From the NCBI GenBank assembly GCA_963709585.1, contig CAVPXI010000016.1, forward strand, positions 1 to 64,000: DNA of 64,000 bases. The letters run 5' to 3'. Positions within the stretch are counted from its first letter, which is position 1; every line of letters starts with the position of its first letter. Made by a program: the position numbers and the translations under genes. This document shows, piece by piece, positions 17,729 to 27,794 of this stretch. Source of the stretch: Candidatus Dormiibacterota bacterium (GTDB lineage Bacteria > Chloroflexota > Dormibacteria > Aeolococcales > Aeolococcaceae). Below the pieces are notes generated by a model. That model was not told the DNA's origin and ran no database searches. It worked only from the letters and a program-made list of their open reading frames with translations.

Positions 17729-20392
17729 TTATCCGGTGTTCTGCAATCCGGCTGCGATGCCGTTGACCGTCAACAGCAGGAGCTGCTCCAACCGCCTGCG
17801 GTCGGCATCCGCCGGGTCGCCGCTGCGCAGTGCCCGAAGCGCGCGAAGCTGCAGGTGGCAGAGCGCATCGATGTAGGGATTGCGCAACTCGACGGCCCAG
17901 GACAGCACCCGGCGCTTCTCGAGCAGGCGGGATTGGCCGGTGACCGCCTGGATCCCATCGATCGTGCGGTCGTATTCCGCCAGGATCAGATCGGCGATTC
18001 GCGGCTCGCCTCCGAGGCGCAAATACTCGGCGGCCATGAATCGATCGGTCTTGGCAAGGCTCATCTCCGCGTTGTCGATGAGGACTCTCAACAGCGGCCA
18101 TCCCTCATACGCGATCCGCAGCTCATCCAGACCCGCTGCGGCCAGGCCGCTGCCCAGGCCATACCAACCGGGGAGATTCAGCCTGATCTGGGACCACGCG
18201 AAGACCCAGGGGATGGCCCGGAGCGACGACAGGCTGCTGTCGTCGCCGCGGCTTGCCGGGCGAGACCCGAGGTGCAGACGAGCCAGCTCGCGGACCGGGG
18301 TCACCTCGGCGAAGTACGCGGCAAACCCTTCGAGCTCGATCAGGTCGCGATATGCCGTGCGCGCGGCCGAGTTGATGGTCTGCCCGAGCGCCTCGAAGCG
18401 GATCGCCGCCCGCCCGATGCGCCGGCGGGCCGCCGCGGTGGACGTGAGGAGCACCGCCGAGGTCACCTGCTCGAGATGCCGCTGCGCCAGCGTTCGATTG
18501 CCGTACCTGGCGAAGATGACCTCCCCTTGCTCGGTGACCTTGAAACGCCCCGACACCGATCCCGGCGCCTGTGCCATCACGGCGCGGTTCGCGGGACCGC
18601 CGCCTCGACCCAACGCCCCGCCCCGCCCGTGGAAGATCGTGAGCGCGACCGAGTGCTCTGCGGCCCACGCGGCCAGGTCGGCCTGGGCAGCGTACAGGGC
18701 GAGGGTTGCGGTGACCGGCCCGCTCTCCTTCGCTGAATCGGAGTACCCGAGCATGACCTCGAGCGCGCGCCCGGTCGCGGCCATGCGCCGGCGCACCGGC
18801 TCGAGGTCGAGCATCGCGTCCATGGTCGCCCGCGCATTGCGCAGATCGACGGTGGTTTCGAACAGCGGCACCACATCGAGCGCCGGAGCGGGGTTGGGCG
18901 CACAGGCCCGCTCCGCGAGCGCATGGACTGTGGCGACGTCATAGGCGCTGGTTGTGAAGCTGACCACGTAGCGGTGGCACACATGAGCGCCAAACCGTTG
19001 CTGCAGAAGCGCGATGGTTCGCATCGTCGCCACGACTTCGTCGGTCTCGGGTGAACGCGCGCCGCCTGCGGTGATCTCGGCAAGCGCGTTGCGATGCACA
19101 CTGCTGTGCTGGCGGATTTCAAGGTCGGCGAGGTGAAATCCAAAGGTTTGCACCTGCCAGATGAGGTCGTGCAACTCTCCGTACGCCTGCCGCGGCGCCC
19201 CGGCGGCCACGAGTGCGTCCTGCAACCCGCCGAGGTCATCGAGCAGCTCGTCGGGTCCCGCGTACGCGAGCGACAGGTCCGCCCGGCGGGTCGCGGCGAT
19301 GCGCTCCGCGACAAGCAGGAGGAACTGCCGGTACGGCTCGCCAGGGGACCGCTCCTCGATGGCCGAGGCGCGTCCGCCCACGATCTCGAGCGCCGCGCCG
19401 AGGCGGCGGAGGAAGCGCCCGTCGGGAGGCGTGGTTGCGGAATCGGCGGTCAGACCGGTGCCGATGCGGGTGGCGGCCGCCTCCAGCCCGCGCAGTATGT
19501 GCTCGGACTGGATGAGCATCGTCTCGCGGGTCACGTGGGCGCTGATCTGCGGGTTTCCGTCGCGGTCACCGCCTACCCAGCTTCCAAATCGCAGAAACGC
19601 GGGCGCGGCGGGGAGCTGCACGCCCGTGTCGGTCGGGTCGAGCCTGGCGCTGAGCTCCCGATAGACCGCCGGGACCAGGCGGAAGAGAGTCTCGTCGAAG
19701 ACGCCCATGAGGGTCCGGACCTCATCGAGCGGTTGCAGCTCCTGGCTGCGCAGCTGGGCGGTGCGCCACAGACCGTCGACCTCCTCCAGCAATCGCCGTC
19801 GGGTCTCCACTTGCGGCGCCTCCGATACCCGCGGATCCGCCAGCCGGTCGAGCTGCTCGCCCACCCGTCGAAGGACCGAGGTCACCGCGCGTCGACGCGC
19901 TTCGGTGGGATGCGCGGTGAACACCGGGTGCACACGAAGGGTCGCAAGCAGTCCGTCGAGGCCCTCGTCGCCCAGCTCCGTGCGCACCGCTCCGAGGGCG
20001 GCTGTGAGCCCTTCCGGCGTCCCGGTCGCATCGTAGTCCGCCTCTCGGAGCGTCCGAGCGCGATACCGCTCTTCCGCCAGGTTGACGAGGTGGAAATAGC
20101 ACGTGAACGCCAGCGCCACCTGCTCGGCGCGATCGAGCGACCATGACGAGACGAGCTTGTCCGCCGCGTACGCGTAGCCACCCCGCACATCGTCCTCGGC
20201 GCGCGCGCTGATGACCGTCCTCCGCAAGGTCTCGACATCGGCGAGAAGCTCCGCACCGCCATGCTCGGCGATCACCTGCCCGAGTGCGTCGGCAACCAGG
20301 CGGACCTCCTCGCGAAGGGCACGTGGCATCTGGTGCCGCGCGGTGTCGCGCACGGTTCGGTCGGTGGTCTCGAGCTCAGCCGGGGTCGCCAT
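17729..20392 (-). CDS. ppc: Phosphoenolpyruvate carboxylase
   Basis: VFTAHPTE, GSWVGGDRDGNP, VMLGYSDSAKE, FHGRGG..GRGGGP, LRAIPWVFAW, LQNTG C-terminus. Confidence 0.97.
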   Translation of the reverse strand: MATPAELETTDRTVRDTARHQMPRALREEVRLVADALGQVIAEHGGAELLADVETLRRTVISARAEDDVRGGYAYAADKLVSSWSLDRAEQVALAFTCYFHLVNLAEERYRARTLREADYDATGTPEGLTAALGAVRTELGDEGLDGLLATLRVHPVFTAHPTEARRRAVTSVLRRVGEQLDRLADPRVSEAPQVETRRRLLEEVDGLWRTAQLRSQELQPLDEVRTLMGVFDETLFRLVPAVYRELSARLDPTDTGVQLPAAPAFLRFGSWVGGDRDGNPQISAHVTRETMLIQSEHILRGLEAAATRIGTGLTADSATTPPDGRFLRRLGAALEIVGGRASAIEERSPGEPYRQFLLLVAERIAATRRADLSLAYAGPDELLDDLGGLQDALVAAGAPRQAYGELHDLIWQVQTFGFHLADLEIRQHSSVHRNALAEITAGGARSPETDEVVATMRTIALLQQRFGAHVCHRYVVSFTTSAYDVATVHALAERACAPNPAPALDVVPLFETTVDLRNARATMDAMLDLEPVRRRMAATGRALEVMLGYSDSAKESGPVTATLALYAAQADLAAWAAEHSVALTIFHGRGGALGRGGGPANRAVMAQAPGSVSGRFKVTEQGEVIFARYGNRTLAQRHLEQVTSAVLLTSTAAARRRIGRAAIRFEALGQTINSAARTAYRDLIELEGFAAYFAEVTPVRELARLHLGSRPASRGDDSSLSSLRAIPWVFAWSQIRLNLPGWYGLGSGLAAAGLDELRIAYEGWPLLRVLIDNAEMSLAKTDRFMAAEYLRLGGEPRIADLILAEYDRTIDGIQAVTGQSRLLEKRRVLSWAVELRNPYIDALCHLQLRALRALRSGDPADADRRRLEQLLLLTVNGIAAGLQNTG

Positions 20393-20509
20393 GCACGCAG
20401 ACCATACCCACGCCCCGGCCTTCGGTGCGTTGGGCGTCGCGCCACGCGGTCGGGGCACCGGACCGATGCGGCGAACCCAGGCGTGCGCATCCGTAGACTA
20501 GCCCCGGTG

Positions 20510-21871
20510 ATGAACAGTGCCCTGCCGGCGACGGTCGGCGTCGTTGGCCTCGGCCGGTTTGGACGCCTCTGGGCCTCGATGCTGCGGGACGACTTCGCGC
20601 TGCGCGCATACGATGCGAATGCGACGCGGCGCGCCGACGCGGAGCGGCACGGTATATCAACCGCGAGCCTGCGTGACACGCTGGCGTCGGAGGCCATCTT
20701 CTACTGCGTGCCCATCTCCGCATTCGAGGACACGATCAAAGAGCACCTGCCGCACTTTCACGAGCTTGGCGGCACGCGCACGCTCATCGACGTCCTCTCC
20801 GTGAAGGTGCACGCGCGCGAGGTGTTCGATCGTCATCTGCCGGCCACCTATCAGGCGCTGCTCACCCACCCGCTGTTCGGTCCGGACAGTGTTGCGGCGA
20901 GTGGCATCGAGGGTCAGACGATCGTCCTGGACGGGTACCGCTTGCCGCCCGCGGCGCTCGACGCATGGAGCGGCTACTTCGAGTCCAAAGGACTCGTGGT
21001 CGTGCCGATGTCAGCCGACGAACACGATCGACTCGCGGCCGAGAGTCAGGGCGTCACCCATTTCGTCGGTCGAACGCTCGAACGATTCGGGTTCGCTCCG
21101 ACGCCGATCGATACCCTCGGCACCAGACGGCTTCATGAGGTCACCTCCCAGGTCAGCAATGACACCTGGCAGCTCTTCGTCGATCTGCAAACCCTCAACC
21201 CTCACACCAAGGGGATGCGCCTGCGCCTCTCGGAGGCCCAGGACTTGGTGTTCGACCTGTTGCTCCCGAATCGTGTCGTCACCGACCGCATGGTGGTCGG
21301 CATCCAGGGCGGACGCGGCAGCTTCAACGAGGACGCGGCGCGGTATTACATGAGCCGCACACCGGAGATGCCGTGCGAGATCGTGTATCTCCACACCACC
21401 GAACGGGTGCTGCGCGCGCTCCACGAGGGGGAGGTCGATCGCGGGGTGTTCGCCATTCACAACTCCGTCGGCGGAATGGTGGGTGAATCGATAGCGGCGA
21501 TGGCCCGCTATCGCTTCGCGATCGTTGAAGAGTTCGCCATCAAGATCTCCCACGCGCTGATGATCGCCGTGGGCGCCGATTTCTCGAAGGTCGACACGGT
21601 CATGACGCACCCCCAGGTGCTCCGTCAGTGCCGCACCAACCTCGAGAAGAGATACGCCAATCTCAGGCAGACGAGCGGCAGTGGCGACCTCATCGACCAG
21701 GCCAAGGTGGCCGAGCTTCTCGGCACGGGGGAGCTTGCCGACTCCATCGCGACCATGGGCAGCAGGATGCTTGCCGACCTCAACGGCCTGCGCGTCGTCG
21801 AGGACAACCTGCAGGACCTTGACGAGAACTTCACGAGCTTTCTCTGGGTCGAGCGACCCCGTCAGCGTTAG
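20510..21871 (+). CDS. Prephenate/arogenate dehydrogenase fused to a prephenate dehydratase-like domain
   Basis: N-term GLGRFG, DVLSVK, THPLFGP, EHDRLAA; C-term [33 protein letters not shown]; no ACT domain. Confidence 0.85.
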   Translation: MNSALPATVGVVGLGRFGRLWASMLRDDFALRAYDANATRRADAERHGISTASLRDTLASEAIFYCVPISAFEDTIKEHLPHFHELGGTRTLIDVLSVKVHAREVFDRHLPATYQALLTHPLFGPDSVAASGIEGQTIVLDGYRLPPAALDAWSGYFESKGLVVVPMSADEHDRLAAESQGVTHFVGRTLERFGFAPTPIDTLGTRRLHEVTSQVSNDTWQLFVDLQTLNPHTKGMRLRLSEAQDLVFDLLLPNRVVTDRMVVGIQGGRGSFNEDAARYYMSRTPEMPCEIVYLHTTERVLRALHEGEVDRGVFAIHNSVGGMVGESIAAMARYRFAIVEEFAIKISHALMIAVGADFSKVDTVMTHPQVLRQCRTNLEKRYANLRQTSGSGDLIDQAKVAELLGTGELADSIATMGSRMLADLNGLRVVEDNLQDLDENFTSFLWVERPRQR

Positions 21872-23904
21872 CCGGGAGCGACGGTCTGCAGGCTCCGCAT
21901 CAGCGAGAGGAATTCCGGGAAGGACAGACTCTGCTCGGCGTCTGAACGTGCCTTGTCGGGATCCGGGTGCACCTCGATGAGGAGACCATGTGCGCCCGCC
22001 GCGCGTGCCGCCTTCGCCATCGGGGCGACGTAGGCACGGTGGCCGGTGCCATGGCTCGGATCAACGATGACGGGAAGGTGGGTCAGCTCGCGCAGCACGG
22101 GTATCGCGCAGAGGTCGAGGGTGTTGCGCGTGCTCGTTTCGAATGTTCGGATGCCCCGCTCGCAGAGCATGACCTGCTGATTCCCGATCGCGAGGATGTA
22201 CTCGGCGGCGCCCAGCCACTCGTCGATCGTGCTGGAGAGACCGCGCTTGAGCAGGATCGGGCGATCGACCTTGCCGAGTTCGCGCAAGAGGTCGAAGTTC
22301 TGCATGTTCCGGGTTCCGACCTGAAGGACGTCAACCAGCTCGGCCATACGCCTGACCTGGTCGACAGCCATGACCTCGCTGATGATCGGCATCCCCGTGG
22401 CCGTGCCGGCCGCGGCGAGCAGTTCGAGGCCTTCCCAGCCGAGCCCCTGGAACGCGTATGGCGAGGTTCGGGGCTTGAACACTCCCCCGCGAAGGATCTG
22501 CGCGCCGGCCTCGCGGACCGCACGCGCGGTGGCATTGATCTGGTCGGCGGACTCAACCGAGCAGGGCCCCGCCATCACGAGGAAACCGCCGCCGCCGATC
22601 AGCAGATTGCCGACCGGGATCACGGTGTCGTCGGAGCGAGCGCCGCGCCCCGCGAGCCGGTAATTCTTCGAGGTCTTGGTCGTCGGACGCGGTGACACAA
22701 CGGTCTCCGACGCGTCAGCGTCGGCGGGCGGGGGAACCAGTGGCGTCGCATCTCCCGGTTGAACATCACCCCTGGTCGTCGTCGCCGGATAGCTGCCGAG
22801 CACCTTGAGGTGCAGCGCGGTGGATCGGAGGTCGTCGAGCGCATCGGCGGTCCGCGGATCCGCGATGTTGCCCTCGAAATCGATGAAGAACATGTACTCG
22901 AACGGCCGGCCGGGGCGTGGACGCGATTCGAGCTTGGTCATCGAGTGCCCGCTCGCCGCAAGGACGCCGAGCGACCGCATCAGGGCGCCGTGCTCGTGCC
23001 GGGTGACCAGGATCAAGCTGGTCTTGCACGGTGCATTGAGTTCGACCGCGACAGGATGCCGCGCGAGGACGACGAACCGCGTGTAGTTCTCGGCGTGGTT
23101 GGCGATGCCGTGTCGAAGGATCACCAACCCATGCGCGGCGGCTGCCTCGGGCGCGCCGATGGCCACATGGGTGGCATCGTCCCCGGCGCGCACCAGACGC
23201 ATCGCGGCACCGGTCTCGACGTGCACGAGCTGGGACGCGTTGGGCAGTGTCTCGAGGAATCGTGAGCACTGCTCGAGACCATCGACGGCGGCCACGACCT
23301 GGCTGATCGCTCCAAGCGGAATGTCACTGACACCGCACAGGCAGTAATCGACGCTCGACGTCTCCTCGCCGACGATCGACACCTCGTTCTCGCGAAGCAG
23401 ATCGTAGGTCTCGTCGACACTTCCGGCGGCGGTGTTCTCGATCGGCAGAACCGCGAGGTCCACTTCCCCTGCGTTCAAAGCGTCGACCGCCGCCTGATAC
23501 GTGTGGGTCACGATGAGGTCGCCGTCGACGTCTCGCGCCGACAGGTACTTCTGCGCGGCGAGGAAGCCAAACGATTGCTCGCCGCGCACGGCGACGCGCA
23601 GTGCCACCTCCCGGTGCACCCCTGAGCGGCTTGCGACCTGCCTGCTCACCGATTCGGCGAGGAGTTCGCGGTAGATCCGGCGGACCAGGTTGACGGGCGC
23701 GCCCTCGGTCCGTGCGATGTGCTCGACGGCCGCGAGCACCTGGCGTTCGCGGTCGGAGTCTCGGATCGCGGCGTCGGATGCCGCCTTCTCGGTGGCGACG
23801 TCGGCGACGACCCGGAATCGCTCCGCGATCAGCTCAACGATGCGCTGGTCGAGGTCGCCGAGACGATTTCGAAGAACGAGCAGTTCGCCGTCGGGCTCAG
23901 GCAC
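21868..23904 (-). CDS. Chorismate mutase / prephenate dehydratase-ACT / DAHP synthase (type I-beta) fusion
   Basis: AroQ-type LRNRLGDLD...RD.DRE; LPIENT, NYTRF; ACT TKLESRP; [34 protein letters not shown] start overlaps the VWA stop (ATG at 23946 is an alternative). Confidence 0.9.
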   Translation of the reverse strand: MPEPDGELLVLRNRLGDLDQRIVELIAERFRVVADVATEKAASDAAIRDSDRERQVLAAVEHIARTEGAPVNLVRRIYRELLAESVSRQVASRSGVHREVALRVAVRGEQSFGFLAAQKYLSARDVDGDLIVTHTYQAAVDALNAGEVDLAVLPIENTAAGSVDETYDLLRENEVSIVGEETSSVDYCLCGVSDIPLGAISQVVAAVDGLEQCSRFLETLPNASQLVHVETGAAMRLVRAGDDATHVAIGAPEAAAAHGLVILRHGIANHAENYTRFVVLARHPVAVELNAPCKTSLILVTRHEHGALMRSLGVLAASGHSMTKLESRPRPGRPFEYMFFIDFEGNIADPRTADALDDLRSTALHLKVLGSYPATTTRGDVQPGDATPLVPPPADADASETVVSPRPTTKTSKNYRLAGRGARSDDTVIPVGNLLIGGGGFLVMAGPCSVESADQINATARAVREAGAQILRGGVFKPRTSPYAFQGLGWEGLELLAAAGTATGMPIISEVMAVDQVRRMAELVDVLQVGTRNMQNFDLLRELGKVDRPILLKRGLSSTIDEWLGAAEYILAIGNQQVMLCERGIRTFETSTRNTLDLCAIPVLRELTHLPVIVDPSHGTGHRAYVAPMAKAARAAGAHGLLIEVHPDPDKARSDAEQSLSFPEFLSLMRSLQTVAPG

Positions 23905-25345
23905 GCTGCGAGTGTACGGACGACGCCCAGGTACCGGTCGCGACATCCAGCGCGGCCGACTCGAGCTGGCGGAGTGTTCGCACCTCGTGCACGGAGTTGC
24001 AGCTGCGCGCGTACAGGGCCATCACCGAGTCGCCGGTGTCCCAGTGTTCACGGCGTTCGGGGTTGAGCCAGTGGACTTCCCGGACGGCCCTCGCCATCGC
24101 TGCCAGCCCCGCAGCATTCGCCGCACGGTAGTTGCTCCTGGCGTCGCCGGTGATCACCAGGCTGGACCTCGGAGTCAGCGCCGAGGAGAAGCGGGTGGCG
24201 AAGACGCTCCACACGCGACCGTAGTCACTGTGACCGTCATCCCACACGACGTCGGTTCGAGCGAGCACGTGCCCAGGCATCAGCGCTCCCTGCGCATCCG
24301 CGACGATTTGGGTCACCTCGTCCACGCCGTCGACGAAGGCGAAGCAGCGCATGGCCGAAAACTCGGCGCTCATCGCGCTCATGAGTGCCAGGGTGAATCG
24401 CGCGAACTCCGCCACCGAGCCGCTCACGTCGCAGAGCACGACAAGCTCGGGCCGCGTCGTCCGCGGCCGGCGCCACAGCGGCTGGATGGGAACTCCGCCG
24501 GTGGACAGCGAGCGGCGGATGGTGCGCCGTACATCCAGCCGCCCGCGCCGCGTGAAGCGCCGCCGGCGAACCCCTCGCACTGCGAGCTTCCGAGCCAGCG
24601 GCCGCAGGGCTCGCTGCAACGCCGCAATGTCGGACTGGCTCGCGCCCAGGATCGGCACGTCCTCGAGATTTGAGGAGGATCTCGGGATGCCGCGGCCGTC
24701 CCGGAGGGACCGCCGGTCGAGGCGACGGCGTACCTCCTGCGCGAGCAGGCGGCGAAACTCGTCGACCCGAGCCGCGATTTCCGCTGGACCGAGCGCGGCT
24801 GCGATCGCTGAATCGTCGGTGACAGCCGCGCCCGCGCGGAGGGCGCGTTGCAGGATCCGGGCAAGGTCGAGCCCGCGAAGCACGCGGTACAGAAGCGCGC
24901 GCTCGGAATCCCGGGATCCCGACCCGATCCCCGCGAACTGGTCGACCGCCCGGGTCGCGAGCCCGTGCAGCACGGCGCTGTCGTCGTCCCGCAAAGCCGC
25001 TGCGAGCTCCTCGAGCAGCGAGGTCGACGCCGTCTCCAGGATCGTGGGCGACACCGAACTGGTTCTGCTCGCGGGTTCGGCCGGTTGTGCCCCCTCCGTC
25101 GCGGCGTCGTCGCCGAAGGTGGCAACGAGGGCGTCGAAGGTCCGTTCAAAGGTGTCGACATCGTCCTGTCGTTTGATCAGCGTCGCCCGGAGCGCGGCGC
25201 GGACCTCGCCTCGATGTCCGGCGTTCATGATCTCGAGCGCACGCGCCGCATCGATAGCCTCCCCGGTCGAGACGGGAACCCCCGCGTGCCGGAGCGCTGC
25301 GGTGATCCTCAGCACGACGCCGCCGACGACGTCCGACCCACGCAT
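23897..25345 (-). CDS. CoxE-like VWA domain protein
   Basis: [43 protein letters not shown]. Confidence 0.9.
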   Translation of the reverse strand: MRGSDVVGGVVLRITAALRHAGVPVSTGEAIDAARALEIMNAGHRGEVRAALRATLIKRQDDVDTFERTFDALVATFGDDAATEGAQPAEPASRTSSVSPTILETASTSLLEELAAALRDDDSAVLHGLATRAVDQFAGIGSGSRDSERALLYRVLRGLDLARILQRALRAGAAVTDDSAIAAALGPAEIAARVDEFRRLLAQEVRRRLDRRSLRDGRGIPRSSSNLEDVPILGASQSDIAALQRALRPLARKLAVRGVRRRRFTRRGRLDVRRTIRRSLSTGGVPIQPLWRRPRTTRPELVVLCDVSGSVAEFARFTLALMSAMSAEFSAMRCFAFVDGVDEVTQIVADAQGALMPGHVLARTDVVWDDGHSDYGRVWSVFATRFSSALTPRSSLVITGDARSNYRAANAAGLAAMARAVREVHWLNPERREHWDTGDSVMALYARSCNSVHEVRTLRQLESAALDVATGTWASSVHSQRA

Positions 25346-25420
25346 GCAGCGATTCTGCGCTCGCTCAGAATCGGCGGTGTCGGGATGCGGCGTTCAAGAT
25401 CTGCGTGCAAGATCTCTGTC

Positions 25421-26155
25421 ATGGACTCCAGAGCCGGACCGTTGCAGCTGGGACTCCTGCTCCCGGCCCGGGCAGGATCGCTCCCGCCCATGTCGGTCCT
25501 GGCGGCTCGCGCGGGCTGGCAGGCGCTCTGGGTGCCGGTCGGCTCAGCGTGGCCTGCGGACTCGGCTGCGACCGGTATTCGAATCGGCTGGGTCGTCGAC
25601 GATGGCGCGGAGCGTGCGCTCCACCCCAGTTCGGATGTCTGGATGCGCGGGAGCGCTGCGACGCCGGCCGCGGTCTCCGCTCGACGCGCCCTGACGCCCG
25701 ACGGCTACGACGTCTCGGCAGATGCGGTCGACGCCGCCGCAGCGGCTGCGATGCGAGCGGCGGGCGCGGTTCCCGTGTTCGGGCCGGCACCTGTCGGAGC
25801 GCTCCTTGCGCTGCTACGCGATGTTGCGGGAAGGAGCGCCGTGTGCCTCCCGGCGTCTCCGGGGCGAACGCTGGCCGAGGCACACGCGAGGCTCGCCGGC
25901 GATCCCGATTTGCGGGCTGAAGCCGAGGCTGCCCCGGGGCTCGTCGGGACCCTCGAAGACTGCCAGCAGACCGTTGCCGTGCTCTACGCGGCGGGCATGC
26001 GCGAGCTGCGGCTCCACCTGCCGGCAACGCCGGATATCCCGGATGTGATCGCGCAGATGTCGACGCTTGGTGGCGACCTTCTCAGCGGACTGGAGGCGGG
26101 ATCGCCTCGCTCGTCGGCTCCAGCCGCTCCGACCGGTTGGGGCGGCCGCGCCTGA
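25421..26155 (+). CDS. Degenerate luciferase-like monooxygenase (LLM)-fold protein
   Basis: AARAGWQALWV at N-terminus and LVGTLEDCQQTV...AAGMRELRL at C-terminus resemble LLM ends, but it is only ~244 aa. Confidence 0.5.
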   Translation: MDSRAGPLQLGLLLPARAGSLPPMSVLAARAGWQALWVPVGSAWPADSAATGIRIGWVVDDGAERALHPSSDVWMRGSAATPAAVSARRALTPDGYDVSADAVDAAAAAAMRAAGAVPVFGPAPVGALLALLRDVAGRSAVCLPASPGRTLAEAHARLAGDPDLRAEAEAAPGLVGTLEDCQQTVAVLYAAGMRELRLHLPATPDIPDVIAQMSTLGGDLLSGLEAGSPRSSAPAAPTGWGGRA

Positions 26156-26166
26156 CCCGTGATCAC

Positions 26167-26237
26167 TTGACGTGCCCCCGATGACGAGCATAACCTTCGA
26201 GTGTTCGTGGAGCGCCACAATGTACGCATACCGCACA
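26167..26237 (+). promoter_or_regulatory. Sigma70-like promoter with two IclR-type operator palindromes
   Basis: TTGACG 26167-26172, TAACCT 26191-26196; boxes TGTTCG-TGGAG-CGCCACA 26202-26219 and TGTACG-CATAC-CGCACA 26221-26237. Confidence 0.55.
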
Positions 26238-26262
26238 AAGGTCATTAGGCGAGGATAAGGTC

Positions 26263-26764
26263 GTGCCCACGTACGTCACGCGTTTCGGCGCATTGGATCA
26301 GTACGAGAAAGGGGGCGTCGAGATCATCGACGATGATCCCAGGCGTTACACCTTCTCGAACGTGTTCGACGTCGCTGCGCACTCGCGGCCGTACGAGAAG
26401 GTCGCGGTTGGAAAGAATCGCCAGTACGTGCTCGAAGCCATCCGCGCGGAAGGTGAGTTCGGAGTGGCGCAGCACGGCGCACGACGAGTTCGCACTGGTC
26501 ATGGATGGAGAGGTGGAGGTCACCCTCCATCGGCTGTCGCCGGACGAGGAACCGCCCGACGGAACGCAGGGCTCTGTGCGCCTCGGTCATGAGCCTACCG
26601 GGCCACGCATGGGGCGCGTCGTCGCACGCCGTGGGCACATGACCCTGCTGCCCGTGCACGCGGCGTATCGGTTCCGCGCTGACAAGCCCTCGGTCGTTCT
26701 GCTGCAGACCATCGAAGGCGCGGACACCGTGTACCGATGGGGAGAGATCTGCCAGACTCACTGA
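26263..26764 (+). CDS. hapC: Hydroquinone 1,2-dioxygenase small subunit (HapC/PnpC1-like), apparent +1 frameshift at ~26458
   Basis: Joined frames give FSNVFDVA..SRPYEKVAVGKN..YVLEAIRAEG + SEW...HDEFALVMDGEV...GHMTLLP..AYRF...QTIEG...WGEIC. Confidence 0.85.
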
Positions 26765-26781
26765 GGCTGGTCGGCGCAGTG

Positions 26782-27783
26782 ATGGGAGTCACAACCAGAG
26801 TGACGCTGCTGATGGACACCGATGTGATCGCGAGCGAGCCCAACGCGCATGGGTATGCCGAGTTCACCCTGGGCGAGTTTCACTTCCGGCGTGATGAGTA
26901 CTTCGTGTACGTCAAATGGCCCACGGGCAGCCACGTGATGTCCGTAGACGCCTTCCTCCGTGCGATGCAGCGTGACGTCGCCTGGAACTTCTTCTACGGC
27001 ATCGTCAACTTCGACGGCGTGGTCGGCACGGTGAACCACTACGGCACCGTCGACCTCTTCGCCGGCCGCTACAACGACGCCTACCGCAAGGCGGAGATGG
27101 ATCACGTCGAGAATTTTCAGAGCGAGAACATCAAGGCGACCTTCGAGCGGATGCTCGCCGACTGGACCAACGCTTCGTTCGATCCATTCGCCTCTCCCGA
27201 GGAGACGGGCAGCGCGTTTGGTGACAAGAACGGCAGTAACATCGCAGCCGTGACCCGGCGGCGGGTCGCTTCCAAGCGCATGGTCTCGTGCGACGACGAC
27301 GAGCAGCTGCGCACCGACGCCACCCATCCCATCAACCGCATGTTCGCCGACGTGCCGCAGGACAGCCCGGAGGTCGAAGCCGAGCCCGGTTTCGATTCCG
27401 ACGTGAAGGCGTACAACCTTTTCGCGTACCTCTCCCGTTCCGACGTCACCTGGAACCCATCCGTAGTGAGCGTCTGCAAGGACAGCCTGTATTGCCCCAC
27501 CACCGAGGAGTACATCCTTCCGATCATCCATGGCAACGACAGGGTGGAGTGGTTCCTCCAGCTCAGCGACGAGATCATCTGGGCGGTCGAGGATCGTGAC
27601 ACCGGAGCAGCCCGAAGCCGGGTCGTCATGAAACCAGGCGACGTGGCGTCGATGCCGGCGAACATCCGGCACCAGGGCTATTCGCCCAAGCGGGCGATGC
27701 TGCTCGTCTGGGAGAACGCCGACGCAGCGCTTCCGGAGCTGTACGCGACCGGCAAGCTGCCCAGCCACCCTGTGGACTTCTGA
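26782..27783 (+). CDS. hapD: Hydroquinone 1,2-dioxygenase large subunit (HapD/PnpC2-like cupin)
   Basis: RDEYF, RDVAWNFFYG, GTVNHYG, NLFAYLSRSDVTWNPS, PTTEEYILPIIHGNDRVEWF, IRHQGYS; start 26782 or 26812. Confidence 0.9.
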   Translation: MGVTTRVTLLMDTDVIASEPNAHGYAEFTLGEFHFRRDEYFVYVKWPTGSHVMSVDAFLRAMQRDVAWNFFYGIVNFDGVVGTVNHYGTVDLFAGRYNDAYRKAEMDHVENFQSENIKATFERMLADWTNASFDPFASPEETGSAFGDKNGSNIAAVTRRRVASKRMVSCDDDEQLRTDATHPINRMFADVPQDSPEVEAEPGFDSDVKAYNLFAYLSRSDVTWNPSVVSVCKDSLYCPTTEEYILPIIHGNDRVEWFLQLSDEIIWAVEDRDTGAARSRVVMKPGDVASMPANIRHQGYSPKRAMLLVWENADAALPELYATGKLPSHPVDF

Positions 27784-27794
27784 TCGAGACCTCC

